From NCBI RefSeq assembly GCF_009914755.1, contig NC_060942.1: a stretch of 64,000 nt of DNA; one strand, given 5' to 3'. How positions within the stretch are numbered: the stretch's first letter is position 1; each line of letters opens with the position of its first letter. The translations under genes and the position numbers were made by a program. This DNA is from the human T2T-CHM13v2.0 reference genome, Homo sapiens. Under the pieces are notes generated by a model, which was not told the origin of the DNA, ran no database searches, and saw only the letters and a program-made list of their open reading frames with translations. Positions 27,825 to 42,568 of the stretch are shown piece after piece.

Positions 27825-28100
27825 AGAGTGTAGTGGTTGAGACCATGTCCTCAAATCAAACTGCTGGTATCCAAATTCCAGCTCCACCATTTACTAGACG
27901 GTGAATTGGGCAAGTAACATAGCCTCTCTTTGTGCCTCACAGTCCTCATCTGTAAAATGAGGAGGACTCATTTTACAGAGTCCTCATTTTACAGAGGACT
28001 CATTTTACAGAGTTTGTGAGAGAATCAACTGACTTCCCATGTACAAATGTTTAGAACAGTGCCCAGAATATAATGAACAACATATAAATGTTTGTTAAAC
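27825..28100 (+). mobile_element. MIR with an internal rearrangement
   Basis: agtgtagtggttgag...gggcaagtaac...cctcatctgtaaaatg...ttagaacagtgccc. Confidence 0.85.
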
Positions 28101-28109
28101 AAAATTTTT

Positions 28110-28623
<514 letters not shown>

Positions 28624-29128
28624 TCAGTTCAATTGTAAAAATACTTTATTGAGCAACATTATTTGTAATGTGCAGAGTATGACCATAGAATCTGAATCAG
28701 TAGGCTCCTCACTGAATCAAAGGAAACAGCATATTTTCCCCACCAAATTTGCCTTTTAAGCCCTGTGACTCAATCCATGGTCACAGCAGCATCGTGATCT
28801 CGATTTCCACTCTTGAAATGCCAGGTCTCATCTGTGCCCCTGAGAGTGGAAAAAAGCGCTGGCCCAGTGCCCAAAGGGCTCCTTCAGTGGCTTAGGGCCC
28901 AGAGGATGCTGTCGATGTCACTCTGTTAAGAGATGCCTCATCCATCCACTTGGTACACAGATTGTTCCCGATCTATTTGCACTAACATACTAGCTCTTCA
29001 AGTTATGATCCACATTTCAGAACATTGCTTGATTTTACAAAACACAGGAGGGCAACATGATGTGATTTCTCCATATGTAGTCTCCATCTGAGGAGCAGGT
29101 TGGGTATAACAGGCTCTTTCTCTTGCAG

Positions 29129-29235
29129 CTGGATGACTGTACTCTGCAGCTCTCTCACAATGGCGCCTACCTGGATTTGGAGGCCACCCTGGCAGAGCAG
29201 CGGGATGAGTTGGAAGGCTTCCAGGATGACGCCGG
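29129..29235 (+). CDS. FHOD3: FHOD3 coding exon (exon 2 by recall), 107 nt, phase 0 to phase 2: LDDCTLQLSHNGAYLDLEATLAEQRDELEGFQDDA(G)
   Basis: Acceptor ctctttctcttgcag| and donor CGG|gtaaga. Open frame; peptide recognised as the FHOD3 N-terminus; joins in frame to the exon at 46270. Confidence 0.97.
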
Positions 29236-29496
29236 GTAAGAGCAACTGTTCACCCTGCTGACTGGTCCCCACCTACCAGGAAATGGGGGTACATTGAGGC
29301 CTTAAAGTATTTAGGAGGAACTACCATGGCTTTGACCTTCTCTTAATTCTCAATCACACACGAGGGAGATGCAAGTGACTCATCAGTGGTGACTGCAGAC
29401 CCGTTTCCATTTTGAGTAACTTTTCTTGATGGGTGCTCGGGAGTAGCCTTTCCTAGGAACATTTGTGGTAATCAAGCACATGGTATTTATATGCTA

Positions 29497-29815
<319 letters not shown>

Positions 29816-30081
29816 TCATCTTTTAAACTCATTACTGTGGAAAAAATAATTATTAATTATGTTAATGTCAACTTACTTTTTGCCTATACCTAGAATTGCT
29901 TAATACTTTTGCTGAATAAAGAAATACTGTGAGTCTGAATAAAGTAATATGCACATAAAAAATCAGAGATGTGCACAGAAAGTGAAACCTCTCTAGGAAT
30001 ATACCCATATCAGCAGCCATTCTTATATTTATTAGATTACTGAAATAGCCCCTGATGGGGCCCCACCTTTTTCCTTCTGAT

Positions 30082-30523
<442 letters not shown>

Positions 30524-31574
30524 TACTTCTTATCCATCTCGAACTAAGTATATCTCTGATTTCATCACCCTCCTCTTCAGGAAACTTAAGAGTTTCCCTG
30601 ATACTTTCCAAATAATGCTCAGCTATCTTAATCTGTTGTCCAGGAGCCCCCAAAAGTTGTTTGAAACCACTTTGCCCGAGTTAAAAATATGGTCCACTGA
30701 ATACTATCTGGGAATTCTCATTTTTCATGAATAGCTCAATTAATGGAGAAAAATTGGAACCTTCTTAGTTTCATATAGCTATTTGACTTCAGTATGTACT
30801 GATGGCTTCCTGGGTTTCCCCTGTTTTAACACCCTTCACAATTTATGATCATTGATTGTGCTGCTAGTTGCACCTCTTCTCTGCGGCTAACACTTTACTA
30901 GGTCAGAACCATGCCTGTCTGAATGTCCAGGATTTGGCATTTTCTCAGCATGTTTCAGGCACTTAGCGAATACTAGTGTCCAGGTGAATGGCGCATTGCC
31001 AGAATGGATTCCTGAATAGCATGGCCATGCGCACCAAGAAGACCAAGGTCCTTGTTAAGATTCAGCAAGATGCTCTGAGGATACCCTTCTTGTCTCCAGA
31101 GTGGTAGTAAGGGCACACCAATAGTATGTGAGAAAGGATCCTGGAAACCACTCTAGGCTGTGCATATGGGAGTGGTATCTTAAGTCACACCAGATTCTAC
31201 TTATTGCTATTTTTAAAATTAACACTATTAGGCTGATAGACTTGGGGATGTTCCATTGCAATAGTTTTTATCAAGTATTTGACAGTGACATCCTTTCATA
31301 TAAGTTGTCAGAATGCAGGCTAGATGATAGTCTAATTGGATGACTTCATGGCTCATTGATCAAACAGACCCCGGGAATGTTATGAGTAGATCATTGTCAG
31401 CTTGAAAAATGTCTCTAGTGGTGTTGTGCTTGAGGACCTTGTCCTCGTTTTTGTTTTCTTCTTTCTTATCAAAACTTGAATGATTTGGAGATGACAGCTC
31501 AGAAAAAAAGTGCTAATATATTGATAAAAGCAATAAGAATAAAGGGTGTGGGAGAAGAATAATATTTTTGGATC

Positions 31575-31775
31575 AGCTACTGTGCCAGGTACTATATTAG
31601 GCTCCCTATTCACAAGATCTTTAATAATTAATTATCATACTAGTCATGTAATTGGATTTTATTGTCTCAATTTTTCATCTGAGACAACCAAGGGTCAGAA
31701 GTTAAATTACATGTCTGGGGTGGCAAAGCCAAGTTTGAACACAGATGTGACCAATTCCCAAGACTGTGCTCTTCT
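31575..31775 (-). mobile_element. MIR
   Basis: ctactgtgccaggtacta...gtggcaaagccaagtttgaac. Confidence 0.55.
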
Positions 31776-32245
31776 GCCATCCCAGGGGCTTCTGGGCAAA
31801 GGTACTTTAGGTTCTATGCAGCATGTACATTGGCACCTTTGGTGGCATGAGGTTGGTTCCTGCAAGGACAATTGGTCCTGGTCTAAAACACTGTCTCCAG
31901 TTGAAACAGCTTTGCTGCCATCATCCATCACTGACACTACAGTTCACCTGGGCGACACCTGTCTCCAGATGCTGGCACTTCCTCCACAGCTGTTCCCAAA
32001 GAGCCAGGGCATCCTGCTATAAACTCCCCAGAGTAGATCCTGGTTCTTGTATTCTCACTTTGTTCCCTTCTGAATCATCACTTGGCCATGAGTCCATCCA
32101 ATAGGTAGAGGTTGAATCCCATTTCTATACTCTAGTAGCTAGGGTTGCTGGGAAAATGAATTATGGCAAGATGAGAAGGTGGGACTCAAGACTTGGGAAA
32201 CTACAGAGGAAGGTAGCCCAAAAGATATTGAATAGCTACACATTT

Positions 32246-32507
<262 letters not shown>

Positions 32508-33264
32508 ATAGCTACACATTTGACAAGTGTGCCCCCAAATCACCCTAGAGTGAGGGTTTGTATCTTTGAAATAGACTTTTTAGGTTCTCTCCTAGATGTG
32601 TGGCATTTGACAAAGTCTGTGTGTCTCCCATGAGTGGGAGTTAAAATATAATTGCTTCCCAGTTAAGATTTGCCCTTTGGAGGTATGAAAATGGCAAATA
32701 CCATTTTTTTCTCTTGATTTCTTTGTGTCAGTTATAGCAAAATGTCTGCTAATATTGTGGCCATCTAATGAAGATGTATGAGTCTGTGTGAAAATTGTGA
32801 TGTTTTTCATACCATGTGTTCTGAGTTTCCTTGCTGGAGGATTTTGCTTCTTTGTTCTTGTCCATTACCCTGCACTTTTATGCCAAGACTAAAAATTAAC
32901 TTCTTGTTTAGAATTATCACTCAGGCTCTAGCTAGTCAGAGAAGAGGAGAAAGACCTTCAAAAGTAGAAGGACAAAGCAATTATTATGCTAAGAAAATAG
33001 AGCCAGGTCTGTTCATCACCTTCTGAGGCCAGGGAAATTAGCAAGCATGACCTGGTGCAGCAGACAGAGAAGCCTGCAGCCTACAGGTTATTTTTCCTGA
33101 CGTTGTCATTGTGTGGCCTTGGGCAAGCCACTTTACCTCTGATAGGAGTTCATAAAATGAGGACACTTGTAACATTTATTTACAGAATAAGGAAAATATG
33201 GCCCAATCCCATTTATCTTCCTGTATGAAGAGGGGTCCTGATGGGGTCTCTGGCACCTGAGGAG

Positions 33265-33495
33265 AGCAGTGTAGCATAATGGTTAGGGACACAGGCTTTA
33301 CCATTAGTCTCATGGCTGTTTGACCCTGGGGATGTAACTTCACCTCTCTGAACCTCAGTTTCCTTATAATTGGGGGCAATATTATCATAATACTGCCTCT
33401 TTGGGTTGTTTCGAAGTAAAATATGATAATGTATCTAAAACGTTAACTAGTTCCTGATACATAATACACACTCAAAACTGTTAGCCTCTGTTATA
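33265..33495 (+). mobile_element. MIR
   Basis: gcagtgtagcataatggttagg...acctctctgaacctcagtttcctta. Confidence 0.8.
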
Positions 33496-34929
33496 ATTAC
33501 AGTCCAATTCTGGAAAGATGATACATTGAAATGGGAACCACTGGAATTTAGACCCAGAGGATTCTATGCAGGTCAGGTGCCCTGAGATCTCAACTTTTAG
33601 TTAAGAGACCTCGATGGAGGTTTGCCCACAGGGCTGAGCTGGGCCAGAACCTCCACTCTTTTGCCTGTTGCTACCCTCAGTGTCTCTGAAAGGAAACCAA
33701 TGCCAGCCTGGGTCCACAGGGCACTGTCATGGAGAAGGTGGGCTTTTAGGCAAGCCCTGGAGGATATGGTGGCTTTGGGTATTTGGAAGGTGCAGCCAGG
33801 TGGGAGTGTGGCTTGAGCCAAGAGTGGACCTGAGAACCATGATGTTTCAGGGACATCATGAGGACCAGTGTGGTGGCTGGACATGGCATACACATTCACA
33901 GGTGCTCCTAACTTCAGGTAACTTGGGGCGTTCACCTTTTCCTTGGCATGACTCCCTTCAGGCCTGTGCCACAGGGTTGGCTGTGAAGATAGCTGCTGCT
34001 TACTGGCTGTGTCATGCTGTTCACTTTCTCTCATTTGCCAAGGGGGCTGGTAGTCCTCCAACCCTGGGCCCATGTGTCTATGTGAGGCTGGTGGCTTAGA
34101 AATCATGGCTGGATGTGCATCTGGGAAAGGTTAAGAAGGGCCATGCAGAGTCCCATCTGCAGGGGTACATGGGTCCTGCCAGCTTTGTGCTGGACCTGTT
34201 TAGGGGAACCTGGGGATTTGGGACTGGCTCTGCTGTTATTCTTGGACACCTCACTTCTCAGCCTGCAGATCATGGGCCCTGAGGCCCATGAACCTCTGAG
34301 GTTTCTGTACAGTTTGTGGGTTTGTGGGATTTTGGTGGGGAGGTATTTCAAAGCCTTCATTGGATTCTCAAAGAGGTCTTTGCCTCTCAAAATATCAGGT
34401 TTGAAGGAATGAAAGCAATTTCTTCTTCTTATGATATAATACAAAAATTAACCTCACCCATTCACACATTTGTCCAGGTTTCCTCTGCATTTTAGACTGG
34501 TGGAATGGGAAATCACAGAATAGATTTTGAACATAAGTCTAAAAATCTACTGAACCTAAAAAACCAAACCGAAACAAGAAACCAACGAAACCCCCATGTT
34601 AAGAGAGAGATTCTGATGAGGGTGCAGAAGGGAAGAAAGGTAGACGTTCCCTGATTTTTTTTTTCCTCTTAAGGTAGTTATCCTGAGTGGAGGGTGCAGG
34701 TGTGTTGGCTGAAGCCTTGTGGCTAATCAGTGACAGGTTCAAGCTCCTGTCTTCATAGTGCTATGCAAGGCTCAAAGTGGAGGCCATCAAGTTCTGCCCC
34801 TGCTCTCAGTGGGGGAGAAAACTGGCCCTTTAAAACCAAAGGAGCCATTAGGGGTGAGTTCAGCTGGGTTGAGTGGGTAGCCCAGAGGCCCTGCACACCA
34901 GTTCCAGGTGCCAGAACTGCTGATCTCTA

Positions 34930-35356
<427 letters not shown>

Positions 35357-35394
35357 TCAGTCTTGGAGAATATTGCCACCCCCTGAAGAACTTT

Positions 35395-35520
35395 AGAACC
35401 TTCCCTGCCACGCCCAGCCTCAGGCTCATGAAATCAGAACTCAGGGGTGGGCCCAGGCAGAGGTGATTTTCAAAGCTTCCAGGTGATTTCAGTGTGCAGT
35501 CAAAGTTGAGAACCACTGCG
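35395..35520. mobile_element. MER5A fragment
   Basis: aatcagaactcaggggtgggcccagg...ccaggtgattt...aaagttgagaaccactg. Confidence 0.7.
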
Positions 35521-36404
35521 TGAGAAAGACGGCATTCCTGAAAAGGCTGCAGTAAGTCAGGCAAGAATGAAGTAACTCCCATGCTGAATGGACACTGGAA
35601 TCAAAGGTTCTAAATGCCTTTAAATGCAAGGATGTATGAGGGTAAAGATGACATCAGGTAGGTATGTGGGTTGGAGTCAGACAGAAGAAAAATGACCTGC
35701 AAAGAGAGCCCCCACAGAACTCCTTAAGTGATGAGGGGGCTATGTGGGGGTGAGTGGGAAGAACTTGGAGTGGGAGGCCTTGATCAGATGTAACCCCCTG
35801 GGGGGACAAGCAGGGAGTGGCCTAATGAACCTAAACCTGGTAGCCGAGGAAGGTGAGTGGATTGGGGCCTCACCCAGGGTTGGGGAGGGAGGGGGCTGGG
35901 AATCTGGAGCCATGGTGCCAGCTCGTGTAGAGGGACACAAGAGAATGGAATGGACATGTGGCATTAGGGGAATAGTGCACAGAATGGTGGACTAGTTAGG
36001 GAAATAGTGAGGTGATACAGTGGAGGCAATTTTGAAAAGGGGAGGAGGGGTTTATACCTGTTAGTCTGAGGTTATGGCAAGCCACACACAAGGTGTGGGG
36101 TGGCTAGTGAGAAATGTTGGCTGGGGACCCAGGTGAGAAGGCTGGAATACTGGAGAGGCTAGGGGTGATTCCTTGGAGGGAGCTACAGAGTCTGGAGGTC
36201 GTGTCCTGGAGGGCCAGCCATAGGATGCAGGTGAGGAGAGGACCAGTCCCTGGCTGTAGGGAAAATGAAAGTTAGCAGTCACCCAGGTGGCAGCACCCAG
36301 ATGATCCATTGAAACCATAACCCAGGTGTTGTCCATCAGTAAGAGACTCAGGTTTAGCTGCATGTGGCAAAGAACCCAGATAACAGTGGCTTAAAATTTT
36401 TGAC

Positions 36405-37565
36405 TATATTTTTATCATGGAAAAAAAGTGGATATTAAGACAATGAAAAGACAAGCCACAGACTGGGAGAAAATATTTGCAAAACGTATCTGATGGAGTA
36501 CAAGTATCCAAAATATACAAAGCACTCTTAAAATTTAATAAGAAAACAACCTGATTAAAAAATGGGCAAAAGATCTGAACAGATATGTCACTAAAGAAGA
36601 CATTCAGATGGTAAATAAGCATATAGAAAGATATCCAACATTACATGTCAATATAATGTAAAATGTACATTTAAAAAAATGAGATACCACTACACACCCC
36701 TTAGAATGGCTAAAATAAAAAAACACGGATATCATCAAATGCTGGCAAAGATGTGGAGCAACAGGAACACTCATTCATTGCTGGTGGGAATGCAAAATGA
36801 CACGGCCACTTTGGAAGACAGTCTGGTAGTTTCTTACAAAGCTAAATGTAGGCTTACCATACAATTTGGCAATCGTGCTTCTGGGTATTTACCCAAATGA
36901 GTTGAAAACTTATGTCCATGGAAAAGCCTGCACGTATTTTCACAGCAGCTTTTTTCATAATTGCCAAAATTTGGAAACAAGATGTCCTTCTGTAGTTGAA
37001 TGGGTAAACAAACCATAGTATTTGTCCATACCATGAAATATTTTTTATTTAGCAATAAAAAGAAATGAGTGATCAAGCTAGAAAAGACATGGGGGAACCT
37101 TAAATGCACATTGTGAAGTTAAACCAGTCTGAAAAAGCTACATACTGTGAGTCCAAATTATGACATTCCGAGAAAGGCAAAAAGCTATGGAGACAGTGAA
37201 AAGATCTGTTGCCGGAGTGGGAGTTGAGATTGGGAGATGGGTAGGGAGGGATGAACAGGTGGAGCACAGGGGATCTTTAGGGCAGTGTCACTGCTCTGTA
37301 TTTTATTGTAATGTTGGATCCAGAACGTTATGTATTTGTGAGAACTCATAGAACTGTTCAACACAGTGAATTATAAAGTAAAACTATGGACTTGTTAATA
37401 ATGTGTCAATATCAGTTAATCTGTTGTAACAGATTAACATCTTGCACACTAATGCAAGATGTTAATAGGAGAAATGGGTGGGTGGGGAGGGGCAGTGTGG
37501 ATATATGAGAACATGCTCTACTTTCTATGAAATTTTTCTATAAAACAAAAGCCACTCTAAGAAAA
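36405..37565 (+). mobile_element. L1MC-type 3' fragment, apparently inserted into an old MLT1 LTR
   Basis: gaaaagacaagccacagactgggagaaaatatttgcaa, ggatgaacaggtggagcacagggga; MLT1-like flanks at about 36335-36395 and 37570-37740. Confidence 0.85.
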
Positions 37566-38659
37566 TCAGTGGATAATTATACAGTTTCAAGTACAATATG
37601 TTGATTCCATGATACTCTTAGGAACCTGGGCTTGTTTTATCTTTATGCCCTACCATCCTTAGGATCTGGCTTTTGTCTTTCGTGTTTCATCATAGTTACA
37701 ATGCAGCTGCCCCACACCCTTGTCATATCAAGACAGGGAGGCATGTATTGGTTAGGATGCAGTCTTCTCTGTTGCAACCAAGAAATCTCCCAATGTGGCA
37801 GTTTAAATAAAATAAAAGTTTTTTTCTTGTATAAGATTCCAAATATAGGCAATCCTCTTTGGAACTGTAAAATAGCTATAGCATCCTGACCGCAAGGATT
37901 CCATCTCTGGGTCTAGGTGGCTCCTTCCACTCTTACCATCTCATCTGTATCTCAGCCCCTAGAAAGAAGGAAAGGGACGAAGGGAGTGCACGCCCATTTC
38001 TGTGTGCACATAGCTTTCACTCATATGATTTTGGCCAGACGCTCGAGGGCACAGTGAATAGTGGGCTGTATCCAGCTAACCTTCTCCTGCTATCACTATG
38101 AATATTAGGTGACAGCCAGTGGTCCCTGCCTTAGTTGAGGAGAGTGAAGAGCAGTATTGGTGCTGGCTGGGTGTGCTGCTTTTAAAGAGCTTTCCAGAAG
38201 CTCCACCAGTGACTTCCATCTATAGTTCACTGATGAGAACTGTGCCACATTGTAGAGTGCCACATTGTGGAATATACATTGTCACTCCAAACACAATTGG
38301 ATTCCCATTATAAGGCAGAAAGGGAAATGGGTATTGAGTGGGTAACCAGCAGCATCTGCCTCCGCAAGAAGAGAGGACATTTCAAAGAATGGGCGGTTGA
38401 GGACACTGTGCCACAAAGGCAAGTTGTGAGAGGAGCAAGGCAAGGCTGGGAGTGGTGAGCAGGAGATTTAGGGTGTCTGAAGGGGGAGAAAGCAGAAGGG
38501 TGGTGGGGGCAGAGGCTGGCAAGGAGAGACTGGGGGCTGTGAAGAGAGCCAGCAGGATTTCCCAGGAGCTGAAATCTGTGAACAGCTTGAACAAGGGCTG
38601 TGTCCCATCACAGGGTACGTGAGGGTGGAAGACAAGAGAATGAGCTAATCAAGATGTCA

Positions 38660-39295
38660 AGGACCTCATACCAGACACAAAGATGAACTGAAAACAGACC
38701 ATAGTCCTAAGTGTAAGGGCCAAAACAATGAAACTCCCAGAGGAAAACAGGAGCAAGTCTCCATGACTGGGTTAGGCAGTCATGGTTCTTGCCACATGTG
38801 CTTTCCATGTCTTAGATATGACAAAAGCATAAGTGACAAGAGAAAAAAATAGTTTGGACTTCATAAAAATTAAAGCCTTTTGCATCCCCAAAAGACATAA
38901 TTGGTAAAGTGAAAACACAAGCCACAGAATGGGAGAAAATGTTTGTAAATCATATATCTGATATCTGATGACCTGGAAGACAGGCCATGTGAAAGAAGCC
39001 AGACACAAAAGGTGAAGTACTGTTTAATTTCATTTGTATGAGATGGCCAGAAAAGACACATCTCTAGAGGGACAGAGTAGATTGGTGGTTGCCTCTTGCT
39101 GAGTGTGGGGACACAGAGCGATTGCAGATGGGTATGAAGGTTTGGGGGTGTTTTTGCATTGATGAAAAAGTTAAAAAAGTTAGATTGTAATGACTGTATA
39201 ACTCTATGAAGATACTAATAATCAGTGGATTATATCCATAAAACAGGTGGGTTTTATGGTACCTAAATTATACCTCATTAAAGCTTACAAAAAAC
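38660..39295 (+). mobile_element. L1M (MB/ME-type) 3' fragments
   Basis: ttggacttcataaaaattaaa...caagccacagaatgggagaaaatgtttgtaaatcatatatctga; 3' end tacctcattaaagc. Confidence 0.8.
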
Positions 39296-39994
39296 GTGTA
39301 AGGGAATGACTATGGAAGAGAGACACTGAGCTGGTGACGGCCGGGCTAGGTGTGGGGAGAAATTCCAGCTTCTGTGATGAGAGGACACTAGCTGAGCGGA
39401 AGTTGACTGAGAAAGTTCATTCCGTCTGCCTCATGTCTTGTTGAAGTGAGGGTGAAGGAAACTGGAAGATGAGAGAACCAGACTGGCCTCTCTGAGAAGG
39501 TATCTAGAGAGTTGACCTGTTTTGGTAGGTCCCTTTTCCCCAAGTGCACAAACTTCACACTTTGGTTGTAGCACATGTTGCCCAGGGTGCTTCCACCTGG
39601 GTCCCCTGTGTGTCTCGGACTCCTCACACCTTCCAGTTAAAGTAGATGACTCATTCCTCAGAGGCTGACGCACTTAGAGTTGCACACACAGGAGGCACAG
39701 ACATTAGTATAGTCCCTTGAGAAAATTAAAATGCTACATCATGGGAACTTTAATGAAGAACAGGAAAAAGCATCAAATAGTAACAAATGGATTATTATTG
39801 TCGATTCTTGAATGGGCAGTGAAGAGAGAACGAGAAAAAGGTATGATGAGGAGAGAGGTGGGAGGAATGAGAAGAGGCAGACAAAAATGAAGCAAGAGAC
39901 ATACAGAAAGTGAGAATATTCAGACATTAAGACAAATGGAACGAGGGAGAGAAAGTGGCTGAAAGAACAGTAATATCAACAAGGGTATTACCTA

Positions 39995-40170
39995 ACATTA
40001 TTCAGCATTTATCACATGCCAGCCATGTCCACAGCATGTTACTTGCATTGATTGATTGAATTCTCACACCCTCAGGAGAAGGTAGACATTATCTTATTTT
40101 ACAGACAATAAAGCCAAGGCTCAGAGAGGTTAAGTAACTTGTCCAAGATCACACAGCTGGCTTCAGAGTC
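39995..40170 (-). mobile_element. MIR
   Basis: attttacaga...aggctcagagaggttaagtaacttgtccaagatcacacagct. Confidence 0.85.
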
Positions 40171-41260
40171 GATGTTTTTCTACCTCTACAGTCTGCCAGG
40201 GGAGAAGAGAACACACCCGGAGATTAATGTAGTGGCAACTGCCTCTCTTGCTTAAACTTTGAGCTTCTGGGCAAGTTAATCTTAGCTAGCACTGTCCTTT
40301 TACTAGCTGATGACTGGTTCAAATCCTCCTCCATCTCTTTATCCCTGAGATGGAGTGCCAGTTGAGCCCCACAGCTCCAGAAGCTTACTAAGAGCTTTTT
40401 ACTCCTGGGGCAACTGTTGAGGGGGCCCTTGTCCCTACTTTTGCCAGATGGTGAAACATCTGTTTCTATCCTTGACTGAAACTATAGTTTATTTCTTCTA
40501 ATTTAAGTGGAGGAGTACTTGGGAGCATTGATTTCACTGTTGGTTGCTGGAGAAAGTCATCAAGCTTCTGTCTCTATACCACTCAATTAAATAATGTAAG
40601 CACTTGTTCTTATAGTCACAAAGGGCTTTATATGTTACTCTTGTAAAAAGGCTCCCTTGAGACACAGGGTCAGAACTGAAACATGCAGGTTTCTGTGAAC
40701 CTTAGTTGGTTAAACCAGACTTTTCCCAAGGCCACTGATATTACTGTAACAGAAGTCTGTGTATTCTGAGAAGGCAGGATGTTTCAGAAAGTTCTTTTAG
40801 CGGTAGTGCCGTTGTGTCCCTGGTGCGTGTGCCTCCATAGGGGTTTCCTTGAGTTGCTTATCTATTTTAGATAGTCCCCTTGGCACTTGGGTAGCCTTGG
40901 CCTTGGCCTTGGTTGTGAGCAGCCCATTGGTTGTGGCTGCCTGCTCCAAAGAGTGGCTGTTCAGAAGCTGGTGATGTGTCCCTGGCAGTGGCTGTGCTGA
41001 TAGGAAAGGAATCCGAGTCTCCCTGGGGAGATTAAGGTCAAGCTGAGCCGCGTTGCCTTCTGGGTCACTGGATTCTGGGTACTTGGCGCATTCCACTTCA
41101 TCTTGCTGCAAAAACACAGACTCAAAAGGAGTGGCAGCTGCAAAACTAACCCAGAATGCTGGTATCAGGGAGAAAAGGATGGCTAAGGTGCTTACAGTAA
41201 ATACATACTGACAGCCTCTCTTTGGTATGTGGAAGCCCTATGAAGGCAGATATCAAATTT

Positions 41261-41850
41261 TGTATTAGTCAGGGTTCTCCAGAGACACAGAACCAAGAGA
41301 ATATCTATCTATCTGATATGGATTGGCTCTGTGTCCCCAACCAAACCTTGTCTCAAATTGTGATCGTCAGGTGTGGAGGGAGGGACCTGGTGGGAGGTGA
41401 TTGAATCATGGGGGCAGTTTCCCCCATGCTGTTCTCATGATAGTGAGTGAATTCTCATGAGATCTTAGGCTTTAAAAGTGTTTGGCAGTCACCCCCCCAT
41501 CCCTCCCCACCGCTTTCTCCCCAGCCACCTTGTGAAGAAGGTGCTGCTTTCCCTTTACCTTCCACCATGATGGTGAATTTCCTGAGCCTCCCCAGCCATG
41601 TGGAACTGTGAGTCAACTGAACCTCTTTCCTTATAAATTAGCCAGTCTCAGGCAGTTCTTTAGAGCAGTGTGAAAACGGACCAGCTCCTATTCTCTCTCT
41701 CTCTCTCTCTCATCTATGTAATCTATCTATCTAGAAATATTTATTTTTAAGGAATTGGCTCAGGCAGTTGTGGGGACTGGCAAATCTGAAATCTTCAGGG
41801 CAGGCTAGCAGGCTGGAAATGCAGGTAGGATTTCTATATTCCTGTCTTAA
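41261..41850 (-). mobile_element. MLT2 (ERVL) LTR fragment interrupted by a THE1 LTR
   Basis: tgtattagtcagggttctccagaga, resuming at ttaaggaattggctca...ctggcaaatctgaaatc. Confidence 0.8.
41314..41687 (+). mobile_element. MaLR solo LTR (THE1D-like)
   Basis: tgatatgg.ttggctctgtgtcccca...ccagtctcaggcagttcttta; TSD ctatc/ctatt. Confidence 0.9.
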
Positions 41851-42202
41851 AGCTCCATATACTTTGTGCATCTCATAGAGTACATCTCATACGTATGTAT
41901 GAGTTCAGAAAATAATAGTCTAAAGATGCAAATCTTGAGAGGTTGTCCATGTGAATTCACTGTAAGCAGCTTAGCATCCTTTTCTGCCTGATATTGGCAC
42001 CAGTAGAATGAGGGAATGAATGAGAGGAGCACACATCTGGGGGGCAGCTCTGTGGAGATGTTAGGGGCACTGACTCTAGGGTCAGACTGCCTGGGTTGAG
42101 TCTGAGCTCTGTCGCTTTCTAGCTGTGTGACTTCAGCTCCATTGCTTAACTTTTCTGGGCCTTGATTTCCTTATCTTTAGAATGTCAATAATGTTATCTA
42201 CC

Positions 42203-42568
42203 TGTATTTGTCCATTTTCACACTGCTATAAAGACATACCTGAGACTGGGTAATTTATAAAGGAAAGAGGTTTAATTGACTCACAGTTCTGCATGGCTGG
42301 GGAGGCCTCAGGAAACTTAGAATCATGGCAGAAGGTGAAGGAGAAGCAAAGGCACATCTTACAGGTGGCAGGTGAGAGTGAGTGAGAAAGCAAAGTGGGA
42401 AGAGCCCCTTATAAAACCATCAGATCTTATGAGAACTCACTATCACAAGAACAGCATGGGGGAAACCACCCCCCTGATCCAATCACCCCCCACCAGGTCC
42501 CTCCCTCACACCTGGGGATTACAAGTCAAGATGAGATTTGGGTGGGGACACAAAGCCTAACCCTATCA
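42203..42568 (-). mobile_element. MaLR solo LTR (THE1D/MSTA-like) inserted in a MIR (about 42050-42670)
   Basis: tgtatttgtccattttcacactgctataaag...gatttgggtggggacaca...tatca; TSD ctacc/ctacg. Confidence 0.9.

Noticed and set aside
29003-29272. 89-aa minus-strand ORF
   Set aside because: Antisense shadow of the FHOD3 exon.
33597-34106. Longest ORF (169 aa); also 24405-24884, 26432-26848 and 31546-32022
   Set aside because: No recognisable domain or splice context; lengths are within chance expectation for 64 kb.
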